A stretch of DNA of 64,000 nucleotides, taken from positions 1-64,000 of the forward strand of contig ADNK01000267.1 in assembly GCA_000320545.1 (NCBI GenBank). Direction: 5' to 3'. This document shows, piece after piece, positions 1 to 14,819 of the stretch (its first letter is position 1; every line of letters begins with the position of its first letter). The notes beneath the pieces are model-generated. The model searched no databases. It was not told where the DNA came from and saw nothing but the letters and a program-made list of their open reading frames with translations. This stretch comes from Bigelowiella natans CCMP2755 (taxonomy: Eukaryota > Protista > Cercozoa). Position numbers and translations under genes: made by a program.

Positions 1-140
1 CGCTCGAGTGAGAGAGCGCGCGCACATCTCCCACTATCTCCCCCACGCCATCTAACCACTCTCACACACACACACACACACTCCCACCCCCACACCCCCC
101 CCCCCCCAGCTAGATAACGATAGCGTTCGCTCGATCTAGC

Positions 141-164
141 TCTCTCTCTCTCTCTCTCTCTATA

Positions 165-258
<94 letters not shown>
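141..258. repeat. (CT)n-(TA)n microsatellite
   Basis: Directly visible; source of the spurious poly-YI ORF 110..328. Confidence 0.95.
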
Positions 259-263
<5 letters not shown>

Positions 264-274
264 ATATATGTTAG

Positions 275-1239
275 GCCACATTTAAGCATAAAAAGGGTGA
301 AATCGTTTGGTACAAATCCATTACGCACCTGGTAGTTAATACTCTAGATAAGAGGAGGTGGTGGTGGTGGTAGTAGTAATAGTAGCAGTGTGCGATTGGA
401 AGTGGTGATGGTGATGGTGATTGTGGAGGCCCTTCCGATATCTCCCACCGGTATTTTTGTGTTATGATGCACTTTATCAATGATAGTGGCGAGTACATGC
501 TTAAGCGATAAGATGTTTGAAAATTATTCTTAAAACAGTTCGTTGTCAGTCAGTAGCAGCAGAACCATCATTATCATGTGCTACTATATTTAAACAAAGA
601 ATCAATGGATTCAAGCGGAAATAGAGGGTTATTCAGGACAGGACTTAGAAGGTAGCGATGTTCTTTATAACAAACTATAATCAGTTGTTTCAACAACATG
701 GTTGAGCTCAGTTCAAAGCCTGCTGCTGCTGGGATACGTAATTCATGAAATTGTACTTGCAATCGATTTCTACTCATGCTACTCTTGTTCCTTGCCATAT
801 GATGATCATAATCATGATCACCATCCTAGGCATCCAGTACTATATGCTTGACATTACAATGTCGGCTCTCAAACACGACCCGTGCGTCAGAAGGGAGAAT
901 GTCAACGAAAATATACTCAGATCACTGGAAGTAATACAATAGATTTATGGTCTAGATACTTAATACTCTGCTGATTGCAGCATGGGGGCGGAGAAATGCG
1001 GTTTCATTTATATCATTCAATATTGTGTGTTCGTGGAAAGAAAGTTTTAGAACATTTATAAACACTCGAAAAGCTGGGAACACATTGCTTGAAGATTGTT
1101 GTTGCAGTCATTGTGTTGTTATTTGTCCATGATTCATTTACTAATTTTTACATAAAAGTATTGATCGGTTGCAATGTAATGATGTTCAGGATGGAATACC
1201 TGAGGGAGAGGAAGAATATAAAGGGGGTAAGTAAGTATT

Positions 1240-1271
<32 letters not shown>

Positions 1272-1714
1272 GGTAGCAGCAACGAAGAATTTCTAGATTT
1301 AGAGGGGGGGGAGGACGGGGAAGCTACCCACACCCGGAAACAATATGATGATGATGATGATGATGACGATGATGACGATGATGATGATGCTTTATATAAG
1401 CAGTACGTACTTCTTATGATACTACTGCGCTTGGTATTACCACCTTGTTTTCTTTGGTATAATGACCCTTACCCCTCCGTTCTTCTCTCTCTTCTTTCTC
1501 CTACCTATATATTAGGAGCTGCAATGTGGATTAATCCTCACATGACGCCACCAAGAAGACGACAATTTAGACCGCAGGTGCTGCTTCTGGTGGTGGTGGC
1601 AGATTGTCTAATTTTTTTGTTCTTGTTGTTGTTTGCACTTCGTAACGATGATGTGAATTCATGCCGTTCTTCTTCCTCTTCTTCTTCTTCTTCTTTTTTG
1701 TTGTTGTTGTTGTT

Positions 1715-1758
<44 letters not shown>

Positions 1759-2162
1759 GCCTTTAAAGATCAAGAAGAATGTGGGCCATCCCGGAACGAT
1801 GTTGTGGAGAGATGGGCCGAGGAGGAGAGGGATGGAGGAGGTGCTAATACTAGTTGTAGTTGCATTAGTAGTAGTAGTTGTGGTTGGATAGTTGTCCAAT
1901 AAATAGTACAAAAGGAATTAGCACTTTAGCTAGCGAATCGTCAAAGGAGTACGGTAGCTGTTGTTGCACGTAGTCGCGACTTTGATTTATACTGTATTGC
2001 TGATATACCGTGCTTTTATTACCAGCCTTCCTTCACATACGTTGATGACACGGGAGCCCCTGGGGAATATATCAAAGTGTGTGGTCTTAATTGACGACAG
2101 GAGGGAAATTGAGAGATGAGGCAGTATTGAGTAGTAGTGGCAACATGGATACCTCTTACTGA
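275..2162 (+). CDS. 3' part of an unidentified multi-exon gene (hypothetical protein), probably starting before the window
   Basis: A series of AG...GT-bounded, non-repetitive segments on + (e.g. [19 protein letters not shown] ~276-330; [19 protein letters not shown] followed by GTAAGT ~1227; [17 protein letters not shown] ~2026) separated by microsatellite introns. No recognisable domain; exon phases not resolved. Confidence 0.35.
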
Positions 2163-2269
2163 GATACTATATATATATATATATATATATACATATGTGT
2201 GCGTGTGTGTGTGTGTGTTTATATTTCATGATCACAATTGTGATGGACTAATATTCTCGAAATCAGGTT

Positions 2270-3500
2270 GAAGAGAATGAGGAATGAAGTTGTTCTTCCA
2301 TTTGCCGTACACTGGTGCATGCACCATGGAAAAAGGAGTGGCATCAAAGAGAAGAACAGCGCCAAATGTTTTCGAAGTCCATGCAAGAGACGAAGAGAAA
2401 CCCTAGCCATACACCTCTATGTGTTGGGTAACACATACGTTCGGTGCCCGGCGTAGCGTGTAGTAGATGTGCAAATGACGCTAGAACAGCTGCACATGCA
2501 CACTACCTATGCTACGCGTACAAAACAGGTTGCTGCACAAAACCATCTAGCCATACCTATACTCGCTACATAATGTAAAACGTAATAAGGGTGTACTTTG
2601 CTTGTCATAGCATGGGCGCATAGTTATCGAGCGAACATGCTAGCATGACGATGTAATGATACGATGTCCGACGATGCGATGCGATGCGCTGCACCCCATG
2701 TATATGTGTACGAGTGTACTCATTGCATAGCTAAATTTAGAGATAGCTACATGAGGATGACCATTGAACAAATTTGTTGCTTGATCAATTACCGTAGTGA
2801 AAACATGATGGTGTACGTTGTCACGATTCATAGATTACATATCCGTCAGCTTGCTCCATCGTGCATGTACACCAGATCAGCACATGCTAGCATGCATGGT
2901 GATGCGCGACGACGCAATTATATTGACATGTGATGTCTAGATATGCATGAGAAGGAAACACGAACTGCGCTGCGCGAAATCTAGAAATAAATGCGAGACA
3001 TTCCAGACCGAAACAACGTGCATTTGCATGCATGATGATTGCATGAAATAACACACATCGATCACAGCGGATCGAAACCAACAAATTCAACATTAGCGCT
3101 GTGCTATACTAGTATGGCCGCTGCATTTCATGGCTACACAAGCTAGCAAGGATGTGACCATCATGCATTTCTCTTTGAACAACAAACTAACTATAGACAC
3201 AGTATATATAATATGTCTATTGTACTAACTATACCAGCTTTCTATATATATCCAACAACAACAATAAGATACGACATACGTAGCACACATGCACAATATT
3301 GCACTACTAGCTAGCTAGTAGTTGCAATCTAGCAAATGGCACATTGTGCACAACCAATCGATGACCAATCGTCTGCTGGGCATGCATCATCATTGGTGCG
3401 GCCTATTACATCATTGCATGCGCGCAAGCGTTGCTCTTATCCAGAGCTGTTTCGTATCGTGGCTGCAATGTTCTAGCTGAGCTAGGTACATGTAGTTCTA
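2270..3500. repeat. palindrome-rich intergenic spacer with degenerate dispersed repeat (copies at ~2740-2850 and ~3090-3170)
   Basis: Dense GCATGC/CTAG/GCGC/GTAC motifs; GGATGACCATTGAACAAATTT (~2754) matches GGATGACCATTGAAAAATTT (~57849). Confidence 0.6.
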
Positions 3501-3701
3501 GATTCATCAAATATGAAGGTTGATATCCCGAAATAGATTGTTAATTTCAAATAAATTGTTCAAGAGGTGCGTCGGTGAATTTAAATTCTCAATGCATTAT
3601 TTATTTCAGCATCTTTTTGTCGGCTACCGCCTTTCACAATGAGTTCCAGAGATGCCATGTGGAAATGCTTAGCATTCTGAATTGATGTGCAATATAATGT
3701 T

Positions 3702-5934
3702 TTAATTATTTGCTGTGGAATAATTCTTATCTGTGTAAGAGAATTCCTCATCGGTGTCTTCGGCAATTCCCTGAGCTGCCTTGTAGGCTCTAATTCGATC
3801 CTCCATTTGTGGTCTGAAGTGCCTAATTAATCCTTGTACAGGCCATGCTGCAGCATCTCCAAGTGCACAGATTGTGTGTCCTTCGATCTCATGTGTCAAT
3901 TCTTCAAGCATATCGATTTCCTCAACCTCCGCTTCGCCAGTTTCCATCCTCTTCATCATTTTGTAAAGCCATGTAGTGCCTTCCCTGCATGGAGTGCATT
4001 GGCCACAAGACTCGTGCTTGTAGAAGTACCTTAAAAAGGACACACACATATCCACACAATTTCAATCCTGTTTTCGCACATGAGTATCCTGTAATTGTAT
4101 GTGTGTTGAAATTAAATTAGTAATGAGTGTTATTATATTTCTTACGATAGTCGGGAGATTGCCCTGATCATGTCGATACTGTTGTCCATGACAGTTACTG
4201 CTGCAGTGCCCAGACCAGATTGAACTCTCTTTAGGTCATCGAAGTCCATGAGCACTTCCTCACAGACGTCCTTCGGGATAACCGGAACAGAGGAACCCCC
4301 AGGAATAATTCCCTAAGTAGCAGTAGTAGTGGTAGGAGCAGTATGAAGGGACAGTAGTGGTAGCAGTAGTATTAAGGGATTTGGCAACTCTAAGGAAGCG
4401 CCATTTTTTAGCCCTATTACCTGCAAGTTGTCCCATCCTCCAATGACCCCCCCACAGTGCTTGTCGATAAGGTCTCTTAATGGAATACTCATCTCTTCTT
4501 CAACAGTAATAGGATTGTTCACATTTCCAGAGATAGCAAAAAGCTTTGTTCCTGAGTTTCCCTTACGACCAAGTCCTGCAAACCTGCGGGTAGAAGGTGC
4601 GTGAGGAAAATACGTCCACGAAAAAGAACTCAATTTACACAAGTCACTGTACTCCCTCGTAGAATGTTATATATGTAACTATCTTCAGACTTGTTCGTTA
4701 ATTGAAGTCGTAGAACTAATTTTAAAGGTGGAGTACACAGCATCGCGAAAATTTTTTAACTCATTTCGAATACCAATCAGCTCCACGTCGTAAAATGGTG
4801 GGGGCCACGGCAACAGTCTCGACATTGGTAACGGTTGTAGGACAGCCATACAGTCCAACATTTGCTGGGAATGGCGGCTTCAATCGTGGTTTGCCAGTGT
4901 TGCCTTCAAGTGATTCAATGAGCCCAGTCTCTTCTCCACAGATGTAGGCCCCGGCACCACGAGCCACATAAATGTCGAATGGAATGCCCGAACCTGCAGC
5001 ATTCTTTCCAAGAAGTCCTTGCTCATAAGCTTCAGCAACTGCTTTCTCCAAAGCCAATGCCTCACGCCAAAATTCGCCGCGAATGTAGATATAAGCAGTG
5101 TGAGCTCCCATTGCAGTCCCCGCAATGACACAACCCTTAGTGTAGAGAAAAATTACATTCAATAACATCATTTTAGTATACTATCATATCACAATAAATT
5201 GCTATAAGGTTTTGATAAGTACATTTGAGTGTCAAATGCAATGCAGTGTTACTAGACTCCAAATAGTTTTCTCTGGACTAGCTTTTGACCTCGAGGAGTT
5301 TTTGAGGCTCGTGACGCATAATTTCACGGTCTTTACAAGTTCCAGGCTCCGACTCATCGGCATTGATTACTAGGTAGTGCGGACGACCATCTGAAGACTG
5401 TGAATATCATAACAGAAAATCATTCGCTTTATCCCGTGGCAACTGAACATTGCAAACCTTTGGCATGAAAGACCACTTTAGTCCGGATGGAAACCCTGCT
5501 CCGCCACGTCCCCGTAGTCCTGACTTCTTTACTTGATCAATGATCCACTCACGGCCAAGATGAAGAAGATCCTTGGTTCTATGCCAGTCACCCTAAGCAA
5601 AGAAAAAGTGAAAATTAGAAAAAAGGGTAGATAAAGTAAAAAATATTAACTCACCCTTTTCATTGCAGCTTTAACGCCTGTATCATATTCACCGTATATG
5701 TTGGTGAAGATACGATCTGAATCGCTCAAGCCCCCATGCACACGAACATGTGTTTCAACAGAGGTACTGAACTTGCTTTCACCTACGTTGTAATCGAAGT
5801 TTTCAGTGAATCATACAGAACGATAAACTGAAACAGTTTGAACCATGAGTAGGTAAAGTTGCAAAGACTCTTGGAGCCCTCGAAAGAAGTGGAGCGACGA
5901 ATCGCAGTGATTTTGCACACTTCACTTGAAGCAT
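3702..5934 (-). CDS. NDUFV1: NADH:ubiquinone oxidoreductase 51 kDa flavoprotein subunit (complex I), about 8 exons, with N-terminal mitochondrial presequence
   Basis: Spliced exons give [96 protein letters not shown] and [17 protein letters not shown] (FMN/NADH and 4Fe-4S N3 motifs). ATG at 5934. Confidence 0.97.
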
Positions 5935-6881
5935 AGTGTTTGGGTTTTGGATGGGGAGTTCTTTAGGGCCATACAGATTTTTCAGACAACAGTAGAACGC
6001 CTAAATGCATCGAAATATCTAATATTTTCATATGCGACATATTTTAAAAGTTGTCGTATATATTTTATCACAATCCCTTGGGGAGTTAGTCATTTGTCGC
6101 TGTGGTTTTAGCTACGCTAAAAAATAATGCGGGGTGGTAGAACAACAAGTTTACATGCCAAATTAGGTATGCGACAATTTTTTAATTTTAAATTTGGTGA
6201 ATCTTCAAAAAACCAGGCATATTTCCTGCATTCCAAACGGATTTCCAGTGATTTATTTTTCAATCGCTTCCGGACAACACCAGCCATTCGAGACCGCTTT
6301 TTTAACTTTTAGTTCTGAGGCCAGAAATTGGTTTTCGTGACGCCCCGCATGGATAGTGGGGCAATTTCCTGGTTTCATCTTCAGTTCTTTATGAGGAGCC
6401 AACTAGTTTGGTTGGTTAGTTTTAGTTAGTTATTCTTTTCGCATCCTTGACTTCCCAACTATGATTTTTTCACCGAAGTTAGTTAGTTAGTTAGTTATTC
6501 TAGTCGCATCCTCAATTAGCGAAGGACATGCACAAAATCTGTGCGGTGATCACAACAGTGCTTACAACAATGTCTACTACAACAACAATGCTTACAACAA
6601 CAACAACAACAACAACACATATCCATCCATCGGTAGTTACCAGTAGTAGGGAGTTACCAGTGGTAGTTACTACATGTACTACAAGTACAAGTAGGAATGG
6701 TGCAGGGAGTAGCTTGGTTGTAGTACGTACACACACACAACAAGACCGCCTCTACATACCTCAATCCAAACGAAAACTCTTGTGGGACACGTTGCCCCTC
6801 ACTCCTAAGCCGTTCATGCTTGGCACGAGTAGATCGCATTACGAATCGATTTAATTCGAAGCGTTGAAGGAGCATTGCAGG
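5935..6881. promoter_or_regulatory. putative bidirectional promoter region NDUFV1 / ADAM
   Basis: Head-to-head start codons about 950 bp apart; inferred from gene geometry only. Confidence 0.45.
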
Positions 6882-8740
6882 ATGCATGAGGAAGGGTTTC
6901 TAGGATGGGCGTGGATCGCTCTACTTGTTGTCGGGGTGAGCATGCCCAAGATCGCTCTTTCGTCGTCAATGGCTGGCATCTCAGACAATGGAGATGCAAA
7001 TTTTTCGATTTCGTCGCGAACTCCACAACAGTGGCAGCAGCTGAAATTTGATCCACGATTAGAATCCGAGGATTTTGAGTATGTAGATGTTCATATAAAG
7101 AATGTCCACGACAAAGAGCCTGTGCACCTAGAGAACCTCGAAAATTATCCGAGGAATTTACACATAACGCTAGGAGTCCACGGTAAATGTTCAGATTCCC
7201 GAGATGTGACAAATAATAACAATGGTGGTCATCATTATTCGTCATTAAACCCACCCATATTTCTTTCAACCATTCGAGTGATGAGAGAACCAATGACCAA
7301 TTATCATGTATTTTAGGAGTTGATCATACCATTGACGCCGAGGCAAACAATGAGATGTTCAAAAGTACTTACAAAGAGTACGTTATGGATACGAATGGGT
7401 ACCACTTGATGTATATGTATCGGCATATGGTATTACTACTTGCGCTCTAGATTGATGCTGTGATATGTGTGTGCCTTCATTAACTTCTCTTCTATGTCGA
7501 CTCACAGCAAAATCCGACCAAAATCTGATGGCAATCGTAAGCCTCCGGAATGTTTCTATCGTGGTTTTATCAAAGGACGTTATGCAAGCAATACTTCGGT
7601 TGCTCATCTTAGCATTTGTAATGGAGGAGTAACAGGCATCCTTGTCAATATTGCACCACTTCCGTCATTGACAATAATCAATGGTACTTTTGATAAAATT
7701 CCTCCGAGTGCAAACAGCTCGCACTATGAGTTGCATTATCTCAAGCATGAGGCCAAGCACATCCTCTACAACTTCGAGCATTTTCGCCCCAAGAAACCAA
7801 TGAGATGTGGCTTTACTGGGAAAAATAACAAACACCATGATCACGATCATCATCATTCTCATGCACACTTTCAAAGTGACGAGGAGGAGGAGGAGGAGGA
7901 GGAGGAGGAGGAGCACAGGAACAATGATCAATATGCCTCAATCAAAGGGAAGGATGATGATCATATTAACCCAAAATACGATATGGTTTCCGGAGCACCA
8001 CGACATCAAAACAACACTAGCACTACTACCAAACCTGGCCTACTCTCCGCAAATGAGTGTGAAAACTCTCCAAATAAATATGTAGATGTACTTATCATTA
8101 ATGATTACACACGATATGGATTAAGAGGTATTGACACTGAGGCGCACAGCGCATTGGTGTTTAGTTACGTATACTTTTACTACTTTGGAGGCACCACCAA
8201 TGGAGGTACATCGTTTCCTGGAATATACTCTAATTCTGAATTCAAGTGTAAAATCAAGCTACGACTTGTCGGGCAGATGACATGGTCTCATGGTACTCCG
8301 TATCCTGTAAGTTATTACCAAGGTCCTTTCTGTGGTTATTTCTGTGGTAGAACTGACAGCTGTGCGACACAAGAGTATTCTTCCTCGTGCCTTATATCGA
8401 CGTACGCTCAATATCTTGACTTCTACAAGCCACAGCTTCAAAGTAGTAGTAGTAGTAGTACACTGTGTGTGTGTGTGTGTGTGTGTATGTTATTCAACGA
8501 CATGGTACTACATAGCGGCTTGCACATTATTATGACAACACTGAAGAAGTAGGTCCGGAATGATGATTTGTTGTTATCTATTGTCGTGTGTGTTGTTGGT
8601 ATGTTTCGATAGATATTTTCGGTTCTATCGATAATGCGCCGATGTTATCCGGTGTGGATTTTGATGGTGGAACTATTGGACTAGCATATGTGGGGACAAT
8701 GTGCAATGGGGGACTGTCTGTTAGCATTAATCAACTCACC

Positions 8741-8787
<47 letters not shown>

Positions 8788-9534
8788 TATAATATTTATA
8801 TGAACACGTATATGTGTATATGTATTATATTGGATATCAGAAGAAGGAATCTTTATTTCGCAAAAGAAGAAGGAATAGCCTCAGCAACTGCCATTTAAAG
8901 AACGTTTTTTAGCAGAGTACGATGTCGAATAAATATTGCTATAATCATAATCATAATCATGATAATCCTGTCCGTATTGAAGGATCTTCTGCTGCATTCG
9001 ATGCTTCAATACTCGCTCACGAAATTGGACATAACTTTGGAATGGGTCATGATAGAGTAGGGGGCAACGTCATGGCACCGTAACTCCCCCCCCCCCTTTT
9101 TTTGCTTTTCCTACTACTCCTCCTATTACTTCTCTCTGGAGTATTTCATTAAGATAAAGCGTTTCAAGTAATGATGACGATGATGTATTAAAGCAAGGAG
9201 TACATGATCCCATTTTGTTTTCACAACAAGTATCTTTTTGTCATCATCATTATCACCGTCCTGCGTGTTTTCTTCATCATCGGAATATTCCTTGCTATAC
9301 AGAATAGATTGCTGCAATATAACAATAGCAATGTAAAAATGTTTTTTCTTAATAGTAAAAAAGCGACAAGTATTGTCGTTCGTCATCTGTTGCATATAAT
9401 ACTATTTTTCCTATATTGCCTCTTTGGTCAGATATGCGTCGTATTCCATAGCGACTTCTTTCTCATCCGAAAGCAAGATGTCAGTAGTAGTAATAGTAGT
9501 AGGTGAAGTAGTAGTAGAGTAGTAGCGGGACATA

Positions 9535-9567
<33 letters not shown>

Positions 9568-10064
9568 ACCAGGTCCCTCCCTTTTGTTTGTTTTTCTTGT
9601 TAATTCAACCTGCTGCTGCTGCTGCTGGTGGTGGTGGTGGTGGTGACAGGTATATCAGAAACTTTTTCAACAATGTGTACGGTGGTACGGACTCCCGTGG
9701 TACTCCAATCCCAAAATGCTTGGAGAACGATTCTGGACTTGATGGCTACAATAGGACATTGTGTGGAAATACCAGGTAGGTAGGTAGGTAGGTAGGTAGG
9801 TAGAGGCAACCATGAGATATCATAGGAAAGTAGGCAGATAGAGGCAACCATAATAAATCGTAGGAAAAAAAGAGAAAGAAGATCATATTATATACCATCC
9901 ATATCAAGAAGAAGAAGAAGAAGAAGAAGAAGAAGAAGAAGGGAAAAGAAGGGTTCTCTTCTTCTTCTTCCTTCTTCTTCGTCCTCCTCCTCCTCAATGT
10001 TGATGGATATCTAGGCCTTCTACAAATAGGAGTTTATCATACTCCACATAAAATTCTCCTTCTT

Positions 10065-10095
<31 letters not shown>

Positions 10096-11288
10096 TCATT
10101 AATATTGAATCTGCTGCTGTTTAGGCTTGATCCTGGAGAGCAATGTGACCCTGGATTTGATGCTCTTTATTTTGACAAATGCTGTCAGTGGAACTGCAGA
10201 CTAGCTCCTGGTAGTAGTAGTAGTAGTAGTAGTAGTTATAGTTTTGTCACTCAAAATATACTACTCTTCTTTTAACGTGTTGAAGTAGAATGCTCTTTTT
10301 GTCGCATCATTACCTATGACATTTGTTTACAGTCTTCCTCTGAATCAAATGTGTCATCACCACTTTTGCCAATCCCCCCTACCACTTTGTGTTGAAAAGC
10401 TTTTAGCAACGTGATGATTGGGTATAATCTCATCTTATCATTATCATTAGGTTGTGTTTGCAGCGATTTTGATGAATGTTGCGCTGGTGGTTCGTTCCGC
10501 CCATCCACACACATTTGTCGTATGTCAAAAGATGGCCAGTGTGACATCCCGGAAACATGCACAGGTGCTTGTAAACAGCAGCAGCAGCAGTAATAGTAGT
10601 AATAGTCACTGAAGAAGAAAAAGAAGACACGAGAGGCAATGTTATTGTGTTTACTTATTAATAATGAAATCAAACAAGCGGACGACGAGATGAGAGATGT
10701 AGAGAATCGTTAAAATATCGTTCGTGTGGAGAAAGATTCGTAGAGAATGGATGGTAAATAACACAATGAGGAGGGGCCAAGCTGTTTCCACAATTCTCCC
10801 AAAAGTATTTTGCCGCCAGGCACAGGCAGCATCTAATTCAATTAAAAAACCGCATCCTAACTAACAAGTACTTCATTATCAGGTCACAGTGGATTCTGCC
10901 CTCCTGATTACCACCACGTACCTGGGACAGAGTGTGTAGCGAACATCTCATCAGCGGGGGGGGGGTTGATGGGTAAAGAGCCTGGAGTATGCTATCAAGG
11001 CGCGTGCATCGGAAAGTCTTCTAGTTGTGAATCAAATGTTGATCGGTGATGATTTACAGCATACAATTACCCAAAACATCTAAAATATAAGTAGTACAAA
11101 AAATGGATGATCTCATGAACAAGTAGTAGATCAAGCAGCGGTATATGAGCATTTTACTATTTCTACGCTCTGTGGCTAATTTCATTTGCTTTGCTTACTC
11201 CACTTAAATGATGGTACTACCGAGGAGGAAAGTAAAAAATTGAAAAAATCCCTATTTTTTTTTTTTTCCTACCCCCCCCCCCCCCCCC

Positions 11289-11329
<41 letters not shown>

Positions 11330-14040
11330 CCTCAACAAGATTTCAGTTTGACAATGGACTATCAGAAGAGGCGATTTGTACGAGTGTGCAATGTAGAAGC
11401 TGTCAGAACTGCCAATCCGGTCATGAATATAGTGATAGCTTCTAATTGGCACATGACAAGTTAATCCTCGAAAATATCTTACACAATCGGACTCTGATTT
11501 GGTATTCCCAGCTAATGAAGAGTGATGCTGTTTTTTCAGGCTTTTCATCATCGTTGCATCCTGCTGCAATGACAGGCACCAAATGTGGAGACGGAAAATT
11601 ATGTAAAGCAGCATCTGATAGCAACGGTTAGTTGGCTGAGTGTGTGTGTTATTGACGATGATTTCGTGTAATTTGAATGGAAATTTGAATTCAGAGAAAG
11701 TGAATTTCTTTATTACATGTTAAATCTTATATTTCCTTCCAATTGCTATGCTTTCCAATACACATAATTCATCATACAAAATGTAATAATATCTCAGGAT
11801 CTGGAGGTCTTTGCGTGGACAAATACGAGCTATTTACCTTCAAATATGAAATCATCGACTGCAAGCCGGTTGTTTACGTGTTTAGTTTCACACTAAATAA
11901 TCCATGCTCACGATTAAGAGTTGTATGATGATGATAATGATGATGATGGTGGTGGTGATGTGTTAGGTATGCACAATGGAAAACGGGACAATTGTCCCTT
12001 CACGTCATTGCCCTGAAGCTCCACCATCAACAGCACTACTATCTTGCACACCATCATCATCAACAACAACATTATCTCCTACTACCAATTCTCCTGGACC
12101 ACCTGCTACTCCTTCATCTACTCCTCTAACCTCGAGTCCTCGTAATAAATACTACCACTACCAATAAACTAAGAATAACTAAATCCAATAAAAATACAAC
12201 TGGAGAAATAGTCAGTAATCTGTGCTGTATCAAATCTATACGTTATTGAATGATATCTTTGTTGTTGTGTTTTGTATAATGTCTATCATCGTCATGATTA
12301 TCATCATCATCATCAGTGACTAAGGTACCGAGTAGTTCCACCCCAAGCACGAATTGTCCAGTAACTTCTTGTCCAAGCACAACCATTCCAACCACTTACA
12401 CTCCATCAACCTCTCCTCCGTTTTCTTCCTCTCCATTGACGTCGCAGCCTTCAGTTTTTGATGCTACTTCTTCTACTAGTGCTCCTGTCCTCTCCTCTTT
12501 GACACTTACTCCATCATCCCCCTCCTCCTCCTCACCTCATCGATACTCATCACCTAGTCTTTGTCCTACTACCATGGCTCCTTCTTCTCTATCATCATCA
12601 TCTTCTTCTACCTCACCTTCTACGTCGCCTTACAACCATCATCATCAAGATGGTAGAGATACAACAAGTGCGCCATTATCATCCTCATCACCATCAACAC
12701 TCCTTTCACCTTCTACATCCCCAACACCGCTGCCATTAATATCATCGCCGACGGCTGTTCCAATCGTTTCGAGTTCCTCATTATCACCTACTAGTTTTCC
12801 TCTCACATCTCCCTCCCCCCCCTCCTTGGAACCATCATCTTTAACACCCACAACATACAACAACGGTGGTGGTGGTGGTGGTAGCGGTGGTGGGAGTGCT
12901 GCTAATCCTTCCTACCGTGTAGACGGCACCTTATAGATCTCATTGGAACAAGTATCCCTCGTGATTCAAGTATACATTAAAAACAAAATAGCTGCAAGGT
13001 TGGTAAGATAGATCAAGACCAAAAAGAACTTCCTGAAGATACAAAAAAAGTTTGTTAGATTGTGGTAGCTACTGGTGGTTGTTATCAGGCGCTTGTTCAA
13101 TTATGTGACTACTTTCAGTTATGTCGTGTGTGAATACTCACTATTTCTTCCTCGCTACCTAACATCTCTTGTCAGGTATTGCATTTCTCTTTCAAGTTTC
13201 AACCTAAGCTTTAGACCAGGTCCTTTAATGAATTGATTGTTGTACTCGTAATTGGAAATGTAGTATTCACTCTTCCAGAAGTTTGAAAATAAGTGGTACA
13301 AATAACACAGTTAGTTTATAATTACTACTACCGCTAGAACACAGACAGACACTTTCATACTGAAGGAAATGAATCATCGGTTTTGATTCTTTTTCTTCAG
13401 GAAGCACCATCATGACAGTGGAATTTAATACAACGGACAATGCCGTCGGAGCACTTACCCCAACTCCTATAGTCTCATCATCACCATCATCATCACTGAA
13501 TCAAGCATTGGCATCAAATCTGTCTTCGACTAGTATTCAGGATTTATCTCTACTATTCAATGTTACAGTTCTTCAAGTCAGCCCTCCAGTCGTTGTGGTA
13601 TTACTACGCTTTGTGTATGAACAACCATGGAAGATGTAAATTCTATCTTCAAAACTGTGAAATGATGATAATAACAAAATATGATCTATGGAGATGACAT
13701 GACGTGATTCCCTCTCTTCCCTTTTTCTAGCCGTTATCTGGGTCCGAGCAGGGGGACTCCACAAAGAATGATGAGAAAGACTCTGCAATGTGGTTTCTGT
13801 CGCCCCTTTTCGTCACTGCTGCCATTGTCACTGTCCTGTTACTTTTAGTGGTAATTGCAGCTGTTAAATGCTTACTAATAACAAGGAGACGTAGACGACT
13901 AGCCACTATCAAACCTATCTCGAGTACCATCACACATAGTGGCACCATGATGACGACGAGGAGGAGGAGGGGGAGACCCAACGAACCTGAAACGCAATTA
14001 GTGTCAATACCGCACCATATGAACGACGCACGGGATATGG

Positions 14041-14074
<34 letters not shown>

Positions 14075-14312
14075 ATTTAATGCACACCAAAGCAACATAG
14101 TTTCATCTGATGTTGCCATGGATTTAGAGGCATCATCACTCAATCCACCAAGTGATTGGTACATTGGCAGCAGCCATAAGAAATCTACAGCAATAGCAAC
14201 GACGACTTCTACTACTACTGTAGCACAAACGAATCATAACAGAAGGCAAAGTGGGATAATGTGGTCTCTTGGAGGAGAAGAAGAAGAACATAACTCTCTT
14301 TTCTCTAGATAG
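6882..14312 (+). CDS. ADAM-family (M12B reprolysin) metalloprotease-disintegrin, type I membrane protein, multi-exon
   Basis: Hydrophobic leader (LGWAWIALLVVGVSM); prodomain (CFYRGFIKG..SVAHLSICNGGVTG) with cysteine switch PMRCGF; IGLAYVGTMC; zinc motif HEIGHNFGMGHD at 9018 and Met-turn NVMAP; disintegrin (PGEQCDPG..CC, CRMSKDGQCDIPETCTG, SGFCPPD); Cys-rich region; S/T/P stalk 12316-12900; TM segment and tail in 13788..14312. Confidence 0.9.
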
Positions 14313-14819
14313 TATTGTCGAGCAGGGGCACAGTGACTACTATTCCCACAAGCAGCTTCGAATATCAGAGGGTGGTCGTCCAACTAATCCTTGATATGAT
14401 CACCACGACCATCGTAGAAAAGCCAACCAAAATGTAAACACGAGAAAGAATCTTAGATTCAAAGATTGCAAGAGTGGAGGTCCAAAGCCAACTGTTATGA
14501 GTAGCAAACACGATGCCAAGCAGCAAGACGAACGGAGCATTCTCCCTGGAAGATTCAGCTAGCGGAGCTAGGGAGGGCTGGGTATAAATAAGGAACATGT
14601 CTGTGAATGCCAACACTGAGAATAGTAGTGGCGATTAAAAGAAAAAAGAATGATGGAATAGTAGTGGTGACTAAATGAAAAAAGTTGGGTCACTGTGAGG
14701 TTTCTGCATGCATTACCGTTAATCTGAATACGTACCAGTACGTTAATTTGGTTATATCGAGATTTACTCAATGCTCGTACGTCGTTTGATTTGAAACGAA
14801 GAAGGTTAGCTGCTACGAA

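Noticed and set aside
1510-1600. Possible in-frame TGA recoding on the minus strand ([20 protein letters not shown])
   Set aside because: Splice signals indicate the + strand is coding here, and the conserved genes in the window use the standard code with TGA as stop (MOB1, YqaJ).
1089-1766. 225 aa ORF and similar homopolymer-rich ORFs (e.g. 19995..20489, 22681..23244, 45173..45610, and the poly-YI part of 60155..60685)
   Set aside because: They read through stop-free microsatellite introns; only short internal parts are plausible exons.
6528-6854. Thr-rich 108 aa ORF upstream of the ADAM gene
   Set aside because: Built largely from (ACA)n-like repeats and ends just before the ADAM ATG; more likely 5' UTR or promoter sequence.
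6814-7293. 159 aa minus-strand ORF and other antisense ORFs (35697..36020, 58560..58940, 13727..14164, 19740..19964)
   Set aside because: Antisense shadows of coding exons on the opposite strand.
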